From an uncultured delta proteobacterium (lineage in GTDB: Bacteria; Desulfobacterota; Binatia; HRBIN30; BPIQ01), in the NCBI GenBank assembly GCA_963761335.1, contig CAVXGR010000005.1:32001-96000 (forward strand): DNA of 64,000 nucleotides, written 5' to 3'. Below, piece by piece: positions 1-9,911 of the stretch; the first letter of the stretch is position 1; the number at the start of each line of letters is the position of its first letter. The notes beneath the pieces were generated by a model. The model did no database searches, was not told where the DNA came from, and saw only the letters and a program-made list of their open reading frames with translations. A program made the position numbers and the translations under genes.

Positions 1-91
1 CCGGACCGCCAAACGCCGTCATGGCGAGACGCAGGAACAGCAGCGCCACCTCCTGCAACGACGCCTTGGCTCGCGTCACCGACTCCGCCAT
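1..91 (-). CDS. chrA: Chromate efflux transporter, N-terminus only (runs off the window)
   Basis: Manual translation gives MAESVTRAKASLQEVALLFLRLAMTAFGGP, matching the CHR-family N-terminal LFLRLG..AFGGP motif. Confidence 0.75.
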   Translation of the reverse strand, partial: MAESVTRAKASLQEVALLFLRLAMTAFGGP

Positions 92-113
92 GCCCTCGAA
101 GGTCGCCGGCCGT

Positions 114-608
114 TCATCGTGCTGCCTGCGGCAGGACAAGGATCTGACCGCTCATCTCGGGCTGGTGCATGGTGCAGAAGAAGCTGAAGAGCCCCTCGCG
201 GTGGAACGTGAAGACGTACGAGGTCTTTTGCAGCGGCGGCAGCAGCACCTTCATCAGAACGTTCAAGTCCGGATCCACGAGCATGAAGTCGTGCTCGTCG
301 TCCGCCTGCAAGTTCCAGAAGGCGAGCGCCGTCGGCTCGTCGCGGTGCACGGCAATGAACGACGGCGCGAATGCGTAGACCTCGCCGAAGCGGGCGACGG
401 TCTGTTTCGGACCGGTCTCCTTGATGGCGACGGCCTGCGTCAGGACGGTCACCGCCGCCGCCGCCGGGCCGTCGCCGGGAGTCACCCCGACTACCTTGGC
501 GGCGGTTCGGTTGGGCAGGTAGGTGGGCTCGCCGTGAGGCATGGAGTGCCCTGGCGCCGCAAGCGGCGTGGCTGCGGCCGCGGCAAGGATGAGCATCGAA
601 AGTGTCAT
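114..608 (-). CDS. Secreted cupredoxin (type-1 copper) domain protein
   Basis: Start MTLSMLILAAAAA (signal peptide) after a GAGGAG RBS; His ... C-T-M-H-Q-P-E-M copper ligand pattern. Confidence 0.8.
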   Translation of the reverse strand: MTLSMLILAAAAATPLAAPGHSMPHGEPTYLPNRTAAKVVGVTPGDGPAAAAVTVLTQAVAIKETGPKQTVARFGEVYAFAPSFIAVHRDEPTALAFWNLQADDEHDFMLVDPDLNVLMKVLLPPLQKTSYVFTFHREGLFSFFCTMHQPEMSGQILVLPQAAR

Positions 609-880
609 GGGTGACTCCTCCTCCTCGTCGCGGGGAGACCTGGCAGGCTCAATGCGACGCGCCCGCGCCACCACGCGTCCAGCGACCAGGTACCGCCGCC
701 GACGATCAGCAGGAAGATCGACCCGCGCAGCATGCAGTAGTCGGTTCTGGACTCGTGCGCGGCGGCCCACAATCCATGGATCAGCAGCATCGGAATCTTC
801 GCCGTCGCGATGGCAACGAGAATGTCGATGAGCAGCAACACGGCGGCGATCCGGGTCAGGAGCCCGAGGACGACCAGGCT
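605..880 (-). pseudogene. 5'-truncated DoxX-family membrane protein
   Basis: SLVVLGLLTRIAAVLLLIDILVAIATAKIP...HESRTDYCML..SIFLLIVGGGTWSLD is a DoxX C-terminal half; an in-frame stop lies upstream (911-913) and the N-terminal half is absent. Confidence 0.65.
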
Positions 881-939
881 CGACCGTATACGGCGCTCAC
901 AAAGCGCTCGTCAAGGGTTGCGGAGGGGCGTGTCCTGTG

Positions 940-954
940 CGGCATCGGGCTTGC
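940..954 (+). promoter_or_regulatory. Putative sigma54 -24/-12 promoter for the MAPEG-to-thiolase operon
   Basis: CGGCAT-CGGGC-TTGC with correct GG/GC spacing, about 50 bp before ATG 1003. Confidence 0.45.
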
Positions 955-1002
955 CTCAGCGGCGTCCGGCGTCCATCAATGGCAGGTACGGGAGGGAACC
1001 AT

Positions 1003-1392
1003 ATGACGACGGATCTGTGGATGCTGGTATTGACGGCGCTGCTGTGTCTCCTGCTGCCGTCGGTGTATCTCATCGGGCGCATGCAGGCCTCGGGCGGCAT
1101 GGAGTGGGCGCTCGGCAACCGCGACACCGCCCTGGACATACCGCCCTGGGCGGCGCGGGCGCAGCGGGCGCACCTCAACCTCGTCGAGAACCTGGCCCCT
1201 TTCGCCATTCTGGTGCTGGTGGCGCAGGTCGCCGGCCGCGCCGACGGCTGGACCGCTGCGGGTGCGGTCATCTTCTTCCTGGCGCGCCTGGCGCACGCCG
1301 GCGTCTACACCGCCGGTATCGTCGGCCTGCGCACGCTCGTCTTCTTCATCGGCGCTTTCGGCGAGATCCTCATCCTGAGTCAGCTGTTCTAG
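1003..1392 (+). CDS. MAPEG family membrane protein
   Basis: RAQRAHLNLVENLAPF motif, hydrophobic helices, GGGAGG RBS. Confidence 0.88.
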   Translation: MTTDLWMLVLTALLCLLLPSVYLIGRMQASGGMEWALGNRDTALDIPPWAARAQRAHLNLVENLAPFAILVLVAQVAGRADGWTAAGAVIFFLARLAHAGVYTAGIVGLRTLVFFIGAFGEILILSQLF

Positions 1393-1411
1393 CGGAGCGG
1401 AGGAGGAGCAC

Positions 1412-2437
1412 ATGACGCAGGCGATGAACCGCCAGATTCTGCTGGCCGCGCGGCCGGTGGGGATGATCAAGGAGAGCGATTTCAAGCAGCGGGAGGTGCC
1501 GCTGCCGGCGCTCCGCGACGGCGAGTGCCTGGTGCGCAACATCTATCTGTCGCTCGATCCCACCAACCGCGGCTGGATGAACGAGCAGGACACCTACATG
1601 CCGGCGATCAAGATCGGCGAGGTCGTGCGCGGCGGCGGGGCGGGGGTCGTGGTCGAATCGAAGAACCCCGCCTACACGCCCGGCGATCTGGTCTTCGGCA
1701 TGATCGGCTGGCAGGACTACTGCGTCACCTCGTCGAAGGACGCTCTGCCGATGAACGTGATCCCGCCGGGAGTGCCGCTGACGGCAGCGCTCAGCGTGCT
1801 CGGCGTCACCGGCATCACCGCGTACTTCGGCTTGCTCGACATCGGACAGCCCAGAGAAGGGGACACGGTGGTCATCTCCGGAGCCGCCGGTGCCACCGGC
1901 TCGGTTGCCGGGCAGATCGCCAAGATCAAGGGATGCCGCGTGATCGGTATCGCCGGGAGTCCGGAGAAGTGCCGCTGGGTGACCGGCGACCTCGGCTTCG
2001 ACGCCTGCATCAACTACAAGACGGAGGAGGTCGCCGCGCGCCTGAAGCAGACCTGCCCCAAGGGCATCGACGTCTACTTCGACAACGTCGGTGGCGACAT
2101 CCTCAATGCCGTGCTGGCGCAGATCGCTCCGCGTGCCCGCATCGTGCTCTGCGGCGCCATCTCGATGTACAACGCCACGGATCTCCCGCCCGGCCCGAGC
2201 AACTACGTCTCCCTCATCATCCACCGGGCGCGCATGGAGGGCTTCATCGTCATGGACTTCCTGCCGCGCTTCCCGGAGGCGTTCATGCAGATCAGTCAGT
2301 GGCTCGGCGAGGGCAAGATCAAATACAAGGTCGATGTCGTGCATGGGCTGGAGCAGGCGCCGACCGCGATCAACCGGCTGTTCACCGGCGCCAACACCGG
2401 CAAGCTGCTGGTGCAGATCTCCGAAGAGCCTGCATAG
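1412..2437 (+). CDS. NADP-dependent oxidoreductase (prostaglandin reductase/CurA-like MDR)
   Basis: YLSLDP, SGAAGATGS, YFDNVGG and GANTGK motifs. Confidence 0.92.
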   Translation: MTQAMNRQILLAARPVGMIKESDFKQREVPLPALRDGECLVRNIYLSLDPTNRGWMNEQDTYMPAIKIGEVVRGGGAGVVVESKNPAYTPGDLVFGMIGWQDYCVTSSKDALPMNVIPPGVPLTAALSVLGVTGITAYFGLLDIGQPREGDTVVISGAAGATGSVAGQIAKIKGCRVIGIAGSPEKCRWVTGDLGFDACINYKTEEVAARLKQTCPKGIDVYFDNVGGDILNAVLAQIAPRARIVLCGAISMYNATDLPPGPSNYVSLIIHRARMEGFIVMDFLPRFPEAFMQISQWLGEGKIKYKVDVVHGLEQAPTAINRLFTGANTGKLLVQISEEPA

Positions 2438-2464
2438 GCTGTCCTCTCTGGTTGCGGAGAAGCC

Positions 2465-3952
2465 ATGACGCCCGATACGCATGCTCGCGCCGGCGGCTCG
2501 ATTCGCGACGACCTCCGCTTCGTCATCATCGGGGCGGGAATGTCGGGAATCCTCAGCGCCATCAAGCTGAAGGAGGCCGGCATCGACAACTTCGCAATCT
2601 ACGAGAAGGCGGATCGCCTCGGGGGGACGTGGCGAGAGAACACCTACCCGGGCATCGCCTGTGACGTCCCCTCCCACTTCTATTGCTACTCCTTCGCCGT
2701 GAACCCGGAGTGGAGCCACCGCTTCGCGCCCGGGTCCGAGATCCAGGCGTACTTCGAGGACGTGGCGCGTCGCTACGGGGTGGACTCGCTGATCCAGTAC
2801 GGCAAGGAGATCACCCGCTGCGAGCTCACCGGCGGGCGCTGGAAGATCCGCATGGCGGACGGAACGGAGGACGCGGCGGACTTCATCGTCGCCGCGACCG
2901 GGGTTCTCCACCATCCCGCCTACCCCGATCTCGACGCTCTGGACTCCTTCGCGGGCCGGGCGTTCCACAGCGCCCGCTGGGATCACGATGTGTCGCTGGC
3001 CGGCAAGCGCGTCGGCGTCATCGGCACGGGCTCGAGTGCCATCCAGATCGTCGCCGCGGTGGTCGACGAGGTGGCCGAGCTGGTGCTCTTTCAGCGCACT
3101 CCCCAGTGGATCATGCCCGTGCAGAACCCGCCCTACAGCGAGTCGGAAAAGGCGGAGTTCCGCAGGCAGCCCGAGACCATCGCGCAGCTCCGCGCCGAGG
3201 TCTCGCACATGTTCACCGATGGCTTCTCCAATCATCTCTCCGACCTGAGCTCGCCCCAGCTGCAGGCGATCCATGATGCCTGCGTGGCGAATCTCGAGAG
3301 CAACGTGAAGGACCCGGACCTGAGGGAGAAGCTCCGCCCCAACTACCGGGCGGCGTGCAAGCGCCTGATCATGTCGGAGAGCTTCTACGACGCCATCCAG
3401 CGACCAAACGCCGAGCTCGTCACCGAGGGGATCGAGCGCATCGAGAAGTCCGGAGTGCGCACCCGGGATGGGAGGATGCACGAGCTGGATGTGCTGATTC
3501 TCGCCACCGGCTTTCGCGTCGATAGCTTCATGCGGCCGATGGCGGTGCAGGGCCGCAACCATGCGGCCCTCGACGACGTCTGGAGAGAGGGGCCGACGGC
3601 GTACATGGCGATCTCCATTCCCGACTTCCCCAACTTCTTCATGCTGAACGGTCCCAACAGCCCCGTCGGCAACTTCTCCCTGATCGAGATCGCCGAGCTG
3701 CAGTTCTCGTATGTCATGCAGCTGATCGAACAGGTCCGTTGCGGATCATGCCGCGAGGTGAGCGCCTCGCCTGCCGCGATGAAGCGCTTTGATGCCGAGC
3801 GCCGGGAGGCGGCCAGGACGACGATATGGAACAGCGGCTGCAAGAGCTGGTATCTCGACGCCAGCGGTCTGCCGACCGCGTGGCCGTGGACCTTCGACCG
3901 CTTCCGCGCCGAGATGAGCCAGCCGCGCCTCGAAGACTTCGACATGAGATGA
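2465..3952 (+). CDS. Flavin-containing (Baeyer-Villiger-type) monooxygenase
   Basis: GAGMSG, GGTWRENTYPG, BVMO fingerprint FAGRAFHSARWD, second Rossmann motif GTGSSA. Confidence 0.92.
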   Translation: MTPDTHARAGGSIRDDLRFVIIGAGMSGILSAIKLKEAGIDNFAIYEKADRLGGTWRENTYPGIACDVPSHFYCYSFAVNPEWSHRFAPGSEIQAYFEDVARRYGVDSLIQYGKEITRCELTGGRWKIRMADGTEDAADFIVAATGVLHHPAYPDLDALDSFAGRAFHSARWDHDVSLAGKRVGVIGTGSSAIQIVAAVVDEVAELVLFQRTPQWIMPVQNPPYSESEKAEFRRQPETIAQLRAEVSHMFTDGFSNHLSDLSSPQLQAIHDACVANLESNVKDPDLREKLRPNYRAACKRLIMSESFYDAIQRPNAELVTEGIERIEKSGVRTRDGRMHELDVLILATGFRVDSFMRPMAVQGRNHAALDDVWREGPTAYMAISIPDFPNFFMLNGPNSPVGNFSLIEIAELQFSYVMQLIEQVRCGSCREVSASPAAMKRFDAERREAARTTIWNSGCKSWYLDASGLPTAWPWTFDRFRAEMSQPRLEDFDMR

Positions 3953-3964
3953 CGAGGAGATCCG

Positions 3965-4762
3965 ATGAATCTGGACCATTGCCTGATCGAACGCGAAGGC
4001 CACACGCTGATCGTCACCCTGAACCGCCCGGAGGCAAAGAACGCCCTGAGCTCCGGAATGCTGGCGGGCATGTACCGCGCCTGGCGTATGCTCGACGACG
4101 ATCCCGAGCTGCGGGTGGCGATTCTCACCGGCCGCGGCGACGTCTTCTGCGCCGGCGCCGACCTCAAGGCCATGGGCGCAGGCGAATCGGATGACGAGTT
4201 CATGAAGCTGATGTCGGAGGTGCCCGACATCCACTGGCAGGCGCTGCTGCGACACAACCGGCCGCTGAAGCCGATCGTCGCCGCCGTGGAGGGCTTCGCG
4301 GTGGCGGGGGGCACCGAGATTCTCCAGGGCACCGACGTCCGCGTCGCCGCTGAGGACGCGGTCTTCGGCATCACCGAGGCCCGCCGCGGTCTCTTTCCGC
4401 TGGGCGGGTCGAGCGTGCGCCTGCGGCGTCAGATCCCCTACACGCTGGCGGCCGAGATCCTGCTCACGGGGCGGCACGTGACCGCGAAGGAGGCGTTGGA
4501 TTTCGGATTGGTGGGGCGGCTGGTTCCCAAAGGCCAGGCGCTGGCGGAAGCCAGGAAGGTCGCCGCGGAGATTTGCGACAACGGCCCGCTCTCCATCCGG
4601 GCGCTCATGCACATGCTGCGCGAGGTCGACGAGAGCTACAGCGAGGCCGACGCCCTGGAGAAGGAGCTCGAGTACGGCAGTCCGATATTCGGCACGAGGG
4701 ATGCTCGCGAAGGTCTGCGGGCCTTCAAGGAGAAGCGCAAGCCGGTCTACACGGGCGAGTAG
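3965..4762 (+). CDS. Enoyl-CoA hydratase / crotonase
   Basis: LNRPEAKNAL, FCAGADLK, AVAGGTE and F..KRKP.Y.GE motifs. Confidence 0.92.
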   Translation: MNLDHCLIEREGHTLIVTLNRPEAKNALSSGMLAGMYRAWRMLDDDPELRVAILTGRGDVFCAGADLKAMGAGESDDEFMKLMSEVPDIHWQALLRHNRPLKPIVAAVEGFAVAGGTEILQGTDVRVAAEDAVFGITEARRGLFPLGGSSVRLRRQIPYTLAAEILLTGRHVTAKEALDFGLVGRLVPKGQALAEARKVAAEICDNGPLSIRALMHMLREVDESYSEADALEKELEYGSPIFGTRDAREGLRAFKEKRKPVYTGE

Positions 4763-4768
4763 CGACAG

Positions 4769-6298
4769 ATGAAGCCCGATACTCCCGTCATCGTCGGAAT
4801 CGGATTCCATCAGGAGCAGATGATGGATCCCACCGAGTGCCTGGAGCCGTATCAGCTGATGGTGCGCGCCGTGCGCCGTGCCGCCGACGATGCGGGCTCA
4901 GGGCAATTGGGGGAGAAGCTCGAATCGATCTCCGTGCCGCAGGGCATGTGGCAGTATCGCAATCCGGGCAAGCTGATCGCCGATGCATTGGGTTGCCCGA
5001 CGGCGAGGAGCGTCATCGCGGATCTGGGCGTCCTGCAGCTGACCCTTCTCAGCGACCTCTGCCGGGCCATCGCCGCCGGCGAGCAGCAGGTGGGAGTGGT
5101 CACCGGCGGTGAGGCGCAGTTCCGCGAGCTGCGCAGCATGATCACCCGGCAGCCGGTCGCCGATACCGCGCAAGCCGAGGATACGCCGGCCCCGGACGTG
5201 CACCACACGTCGCCGGACCCGTTCTGCAGCGACCTCGAGTCGCGCCGCGGGCTTCACCTGCCGGCGGAGTTCTTCGCCATGATCGAATCGGCGCTGCGCT
5301 ACGAGCAGGGCCTGGGGATCGAGGAACATCGGGACAGGCTGGCGAATCTCTACAGCTCCTTCAGCGAGGTCGCCGCCGCCAATCCCCATGCCTGGCGGCG
5401 CGAGCCGATGCGCGCCGAGGAGATTCGCAACCCCGCGGCGAAGAACGCCATGCTGGCGTTTCCGTACACCAAGCGCCACTGCAGCCAGTGGAACGTGAAC
5501 CGCGCCGTGGCCATCATCGTCTGCTCGGCAAGGAAGGCCGAGGAGTGGGGTCTGAATCGCGCCGGCTGGATCTACCCGGTGGCGGCAACCCAGTCGAAGC
5601 ACGTGGTGACCCTGGCGCAACAGCGGCAGCTCCACAGTCATCCGGGCACGGTTCGCTGCGGCGAGCGGGCTCTGGCGTTGGCGGGTATCGCCGCCGCGGA
5701 CATCACCGCCGCCGAGCTCTACAGCTGCTTCCCCGCGGCGCTGCAGTCGTTCGCGCGCGACTTGAAGCTGGAGGGAGTGTGCCCGCTCACGGTGACCGGC
5801 TCGATGGCCTTTGCCGGCGGGCCCTTCAATCACTTCAGCCTGGAGGGCGTGGCGCGGATGGTGGAGGTATTGCGATCCGGCGAGGCGAGCGGTGCGCCGC
5901 GCCGGCGGATCGGCCTGGTCTCGAATCTCAGCGGCATCTTCGGCAAGCAGGCTTGCGTGCTGCTCTCCGATAGGCCCGCTGACGACGGCTACGGCTTCGA
6001 GGACGTGACCGCCGCCGTCGCCGCAGAGGACGTCCCGCTGCCCCTCGACGACACCTACACCGGCGCGGCGACGATCGTCGGTTACACCGTCATGTTCAAT
6101 CGCAGCGAGCTCTCGCACGCCATCGCCATCTGTGACACGCCCGACGGCCGGCGCACGGTGGTCCGCAGCGAGGACCGGGCATTGCTGGAGGCGATGACGC
6201 GCGAGGAGTTCTGCGGGAGGGTGGTTGATGTCTCGCGGGACGGGACCTTCTCGTTGGATTCCTCCCGTGATCGCGAAAGGACGGGCCCGCGCCCCTGA
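4769..6298 (+). CDS. Acetyl-CoA acetyltransferase-like (atypical thiolase family)
   Basis: PVIVGIG, AFPYTK, ELYSCFP and LTVTGSMAFAGGP motifs. Confidence 0.8.
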   Translation: MKPDTPVIVGIGFHQEQMMDPTECLEPYQLMVRAVRRAADDAGSGQLGEKLESISVPQGMWQYRNPGKLIADALGCPTARSVIADLGVLQLTLLSDLCRAIAAGEQQVGVVTGGEAQFRELRSMITRQPVADTAQAEDTPAPDVHHTSPDPFCSDLESRRGLHLPAEFFAMIESALRYEQGLGIEEHRDRLANLYSSFSEVAAANPHAWRREPMRAEEIRNPAAKNAMLAFPYTKRHCSQWNVNRAVAIIVCSARKAEEWGLNRAGWIYPVAATQSKHVVTLAQQRQLHSHPGTVRCGERALALAGIAAADITAAELYSCFPAALQSFARDLKLEGVCPLTVTGSMAFAGGPFNHFSLEGVARMVEVLRSGEASGAPRRRIGLVSNLSGIFGKQACVLLSDRPADDGYGFEDVTAAVAAEDVPLPLDDTYTGAATIVGYTVMFNRSELSHAIAICDTPDGRRTVVRSEDRALLEAMTREEFCGRVVDVSRDGTFSLDSSRDRERTGPRP

Positions 6299-6545
6299 CG
6301 GGGCGCAAGGGAGCCGGCCTCGTGATCCCCGGGTCTTCGACCCGGGGCTACACGCCTGCGCCCCTCCGGGGCGAATGACGTCCGGACGCCCGCGCAACCC
6401 CGGGGGAACCCGGGCTCAATCCGACTGAACGGGGCCGCCCCGGGGATTGAGCCGTGGAGCGGCGCAGGCATGTAGCCCCGGGTGCCAACCCGTGGAAGGG
6501 CGTCCGCCCAGAGATCAGCGCCCCGGAGGGGCGCGGGTATGTAGC
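6286..6545. repeat. REP-like palindrome cluster (CGCCCCTCCGGGGCG / GTAGCCCCGGG...CCCGGGGCTAC family)
   Basis: The same GC-rich palindromic units recur at about 39.8, 42.3-42.55, 43.85-44.2 and 49.7-49.9 kb. Confidence 0.75.
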
Positions 6546-6554
6546 TTCGGTCGC

Positions 6555-6836
6555 GAGAGGTTGTTTGGAAGCCGAAGTAGAAGCGCCGTCCCGGCGCTTT
6601 CCGAAGCGGCGAGACGCCGCTTCTACTCGGCCCGCGGGCCGGCGGAATCGCTTTGCCCAGGTTTCACAGCATCGGGGATGATCCCAGCCGGGGGTTTCAG
6701 AGGCTGTCTCAAAAGCGAGGTAGAAGCGCCGTCCCGGCGCTTTCCGAAGCGGCGAGACACCGCTTCTACTCGGCCCGCGGGCCGGCGAAAGTCGTCTTGC
6801 AAGGGTTTTGAGACAGCCTCTTCAACCCCCAGCTGG
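6555..6836. repeat. Tandem duplicated ~70-bp hairpin unit; the second copy lies inside a ~150-bp MITE-like element with 31-bp inverted ends
   Basis: GTAGAAGCGCCGTCCCGGCGCTTTCCGAAGCGGCGAGAC(G/A)CCGCTTCTACTCGGCCCGCGGGCCGGCG occurs twice; ends CCAGCCGGGGGTTTCAGAGGCTGTCTCAAAA (6684-6714) and TTTTGAGACAGCCTCTTCAACCCCCAGCTGG (6806-6836). Confidence 0.75.
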
Positions 6837-6856
6837 AGAGACGCGCCCTCCGCGGA

Positions 6857-8317
6857 TCAAGACTTCGAAGCGTCGCGCCGCAGCGCCGCACGCACCCCGT
6901 CGGCGTATGCCGGATCCACCTTCTCGAAGTGGCCGAGCTGGCGCTCGACGATGGCGGCCGGCACGCCCAACATCGCCGCGGCGATGTTGGCGAAGAGCCT
7001 GCCCTTCCGGGCGCCGTCGAACAGCTGGAAGAGCGCGCGCGGCTGGGAGTAGTCGTCGTTGCCGTCGCGGTGGTCGTAGCGATCGGCATCACCGCTGATC
7101 CGCAACGGCGGCTCGGCGACGTCCGCACGCTCGATCGGGCCGTTGAACGAGTTGGGCTCGTAGTAGGCATCCGGGCCCGTGCTGTTGGGAAAGAACCGCA
7201 TCTGCCCGTCCTTGTGATAGTGGTGCACGGGGCATCGCGGCGCGTTGACGGGCAGGGCCTCATAGTGCGTGCCGAGCCGGTAGCGGTGGGCGTCGCCGTA
7301 GGAGAAGATCCGCGCCTGCAGCATCTTGTCCGGGGAGAAGCCGATGCCGGGGACGACGTTCGACGGGCTGAAGGCCGCCTGCTCGATCTCGGCGAAGTAG
7401 TTCTCCGGGTTGCGGTTGAGCTCCATCACCCCGACCTCGACCAGCGGATAGTCCGCGTGCGGCCACACCTTGGTGAGGTCGAAGGGGTTGTAGGACGTCC
7501 GCTCCGCCTCGGCCTCGGGCATCACCTGGACGTACAGCGTCCATCGCGGAAAGTCGCCGGCCTCGATCGCGGCGAAGAGATCCTCCTGGTACGACTCGCG
7601 CGTGCGGCCGATCACCTCCGACGCTTCGGCGTTGGTGAGGAACTGGTGCCCCTGCTGCGTCTTGAAGTGGAGCTTCACCCAGAAGCGCTCGCCCTCGGCG
7701 TTCCAGAAGCTGAAGGTGTGCGAGCCGTAGCCGTTCATGAAGCGCGGGCTCGGCGGCAGGCCGCGGTCGGAGAAGAGAATGGTGACCTGGTGCAGGCTCT
7801 CCGGTGACAGCGACCAGAAGTCCCACATCGCCGTCGGCGAGCGCAGGTTGGTGCGCGGGTGGCGCTTCTGGGTGTGGATGAAGTCGGGAAACTTGTACGG
7901 GTCGCGGACGAAGAACACCGGCGTGTTGTTTCCGACCAGGTCCCAGTTGCCCTCTTCGGTGTAGAGCTTGACCGCGAAGCCGCGCACGTCGCGTTCGGCG
8001 TCGGCCGCCCCGAGCTCGCCGGCCACGGTGGAGAAGCGGGCGAGCAGCGGCGTCTGCTCGCCGACCTTGGAGAAGATCGCGGCGCGCGTGTACCGGCTGA
8101 TGTCGCGGGTGACGGTGAAGGTCCCATGGGCGCCCCAGCCCTTGGCGTGGACCACGCGTTCGGGGATGCGCTCGCGGTTCTGGTGCGCCAGCTTCTCGAT
8201 CAGCTGGTAGTCCTGGATCAGCACCGGGCCTCGCGGGCCGGCGGTGAGGGAGTTCTGGTTGTCGCTGACGGGGTTGCCTCCGGTAGTGGTGAGGGTCGGT
8301 CGCTTGGTCGTCATCAT
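6857..8317 (-). CDS. katA: Monofunctional small-subunit heme catalase
   Basis: [13 protein letters not shown] active-site motif, [11 protein letters not shown], heme-ligand motif [14 protein letters not shown]. Confidence 0.96.
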   Translation of the reverse strand: MMTTKRPTLTTTGGNPVSDNQNSLTAGPRGPVLIQDYQLIEKLAHQNRERIPERVVHAKGWGAHGTFTVTRDISRYTRAAIFSKVGEQTPLLARFSTVAGELGAADAERDVRGFAVKLYTEEGNWDLVGNNTPVFFVRDPYKFPDFIHTQKRHPRTNLRSPTAMWDFWSLSPESLHQVTILFSDRGLPPSPRFMNGYGSHTFSFWNAEGERFWVKLHFKTQQGHQFLTNAEASEVIGRTRESYQEDLFAAIEAGDFPRWTLYVQVMPEAEAERTSYNPFDLTKVWPHADYPLVEVGVMELNRNPENYFAEIEQAAFSPSNVVPGIGFSPDKMLQARIFSYGDAHRYRLGTHYEALPVNAPRCPVHHYHKDGQMRFFPNSTGPDAYYEPNSFNGPIERADVAEPPLRISGDADRYDHRDGNDDYSQPRALFQLFDGARKGRLFANIAAAMLGVPAAIVERQLGHFEKVDPAYADGVRAALRRDASKS

Positions 8318-8362
8318 TTCCTCCTGTCGAGCCGTGCCGATCTGGCGCGGCTACAGGAGAGT

Positions 8363-8425
8363 ATCGACCTCTGCCATCGATAGGTCCAAGACAAGATTTC
8401 GATCACATCGATAGGCAGAGGCAAT
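8363..8425. promoter_or_regulatory. Putative OxyR (LysR-type) binding site upstream of catalase
   Basis: AGAC-N7-CGAT-N7-ATAG-N7-CAAT (8389-8425) resembles ATAG-N7-CTAT-N7-ATAG-N7-CTAT; also an inverted repeat CCTCTGCC-ATCGAT / ATCGATAGGCAGAGG. Confidence 0.5.
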
Positions 8426-8499
8426 CACCGCTTTCAGGCACCGGCTGCGGCATCTTCCTCCCTTGCCTGCCGCCGGCGGGCTCCTCTATCTCTACCGCC

Positions 8500-9741
8500 G
8501 TGGCTCCGGGGGAATCTTCGAATGACGACCAGGCGGCGAGCGCCGCGTTGCGCGAGCGCGAGCGCGTCGCCGAGCACCGCATCAACCGGATTCGCGGCGC
8601 CGTCATTCTCGCCGCCAGCGTCGTTGATATCGCCTACGCCTGGGCCGCCGGCACGCTGAGCCAGCGGTTCATCTGGCTCGGCGGTGGCCTTCTGCTCGGC
8701 TTTGCGCCGTACTGGTGGATGGTCGAGCGCCTGGCGCGCGGACCGACCTATCGCCCTTGGCTCAAGTACGTCACCATCACCGCCGACTACAGCATGATCC
8801 TCTTCGTTTTCTTCGCCTACCGGCGCATCGGCTTCTTCGGCCACGCCGGCGCCGAGGCCGGCGCGGGCGAGTTCGTGAGCTTTCTGATCCTCTTCAACTT
8901 CCTGAGCGCTTTTCGCCTCAGCCAGACCGCCATCGTCTACAGCACCGTGCTCGGCGTCGGCATCGCCCTGGGCCTGGCGCTCGCCGCCGGCGCCCTGGTG
9001 CTGGCGATGTACGGGCCGCTGTTCCTCCTCGGCTCCGGCGGACTGACCCTCCTGCTGTCCTCCGCGTGGCGCGACGTCCTCCAGCGCCTGCGGCGGCGCG
9101 AGCAGCTGATGCGCTTTCTGCCGCGTCAGGTCGTGCAAGGCGCAGACGAGGGTCGCCTGCGCCTGGAGCTCGGCGGCGTCAAGCAGGAAGCCACGATTCT
9201 GCTGTCGGACCTGCGCGGCTTCACCAGCTTTGCCGAGCACCGCGATCCCGACGAGGTCCTCGGTCTTCTCAACCAGTACTTCACTCGCATGGCGGACGTG
9301 GTGTGGGACCACGGCGGGACCATCGACAAGTTCATCGGCGACGCCCTCCTGGCCGTGTTCGGCGTTCCGGTGCAGCGGCCCGACGATGCCGTGCGGGCTC
9401 TGCGGGCGGCGCTCGCCATGCAGGCGGCGCTCGCGGATCTGAATCGGCAGTGGGCCGCGGCCGGGATGCCGCGCCTGCGCATGGGCATCGCCTTGCACAC
9501 CGGCACCGTGGTCGCCGGCAACATCGGCTCGCCGCAGCGCATGGAGTACACCGTGATCGGCGATGCGGTGAACGTCACCGCACGGCTGGAGGAGCTCAAC
9601 AAGGAGTTCCACACGGACGTGCTGCTCAGCGAGTCCACCAACGCCTGCCTCAATGGCAGCGTGCGCACCGAGCTCGTCGCCGAGGTGGCGGTGCGGGGAC
9701 GGCAGCAGTCGGTACGCGCCTACAAGCCCGTGCTCTGCTGA
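8500..9741 (+). CDS. Membrane-bound class III adenylate/guanylate cyclase
   Basis: N-terminal TM helices; SDLRGFT, IDKFIGDA and YTVIGDAVNVTARLE motifs. Confidence 0.9.
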   Translation: MAPGESSNDDQAASAALRERERVAEHRINRIRGAVILAASVVDIAYAWAAGTLSQRFIWLGGGLLLGFAPYWWMVERLARGPTYRPWLKYVTITADYSMILFVFFAYRRIGFFGHAGAEAGAGEFVSFLILFNFLSAFRLSQTAIVYSTVLGVGIALGLALAAGALVLAMYGPLFLLGSGGLTLLLSSAWRDVLQRLRRREQLMRFLPRQVVQGADEGRLRLELGGVKQEATILLSDLRGFTSFAEHRDPDEVLGLLNQYFTRMADVVWDHGGTIDKFIGDALLAVFGVPVQRPDDAVRALRAALAMQAALADLNRQWAAAGMPRLRMGIALHTGTVVAGNIGSPQRMEYTVIGDAVNVTARLEELNKEFHTDVLLSESTNACLNGSVRTELVAEVAVRGRQQSVRAYKPVLC

Positions 9742-9911
9742 CGTCGGGCTTTCGACTTCCAGCGAATGGCCCTGGCGCGACCATCGGGACTGGCCACGAA
9801 GGCCGGGCTCGCGCTTCATGGGTCGCGGCCGGTGCCGACAAAATCAGCGTTGACTGAGTCGTTTACGGGAACGTATACGGCTTATACGCCTACATCGCCG
9901 ATCATATCATC

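Noticed and set aside
6082..7052. ORFs spanning the repeat regions (also 42192-42613, 44019-44411, 49516-50077)
   Set aside because: They are translations of REP/MITE sequence that recur at each copy, with no RBS or protein motifs.
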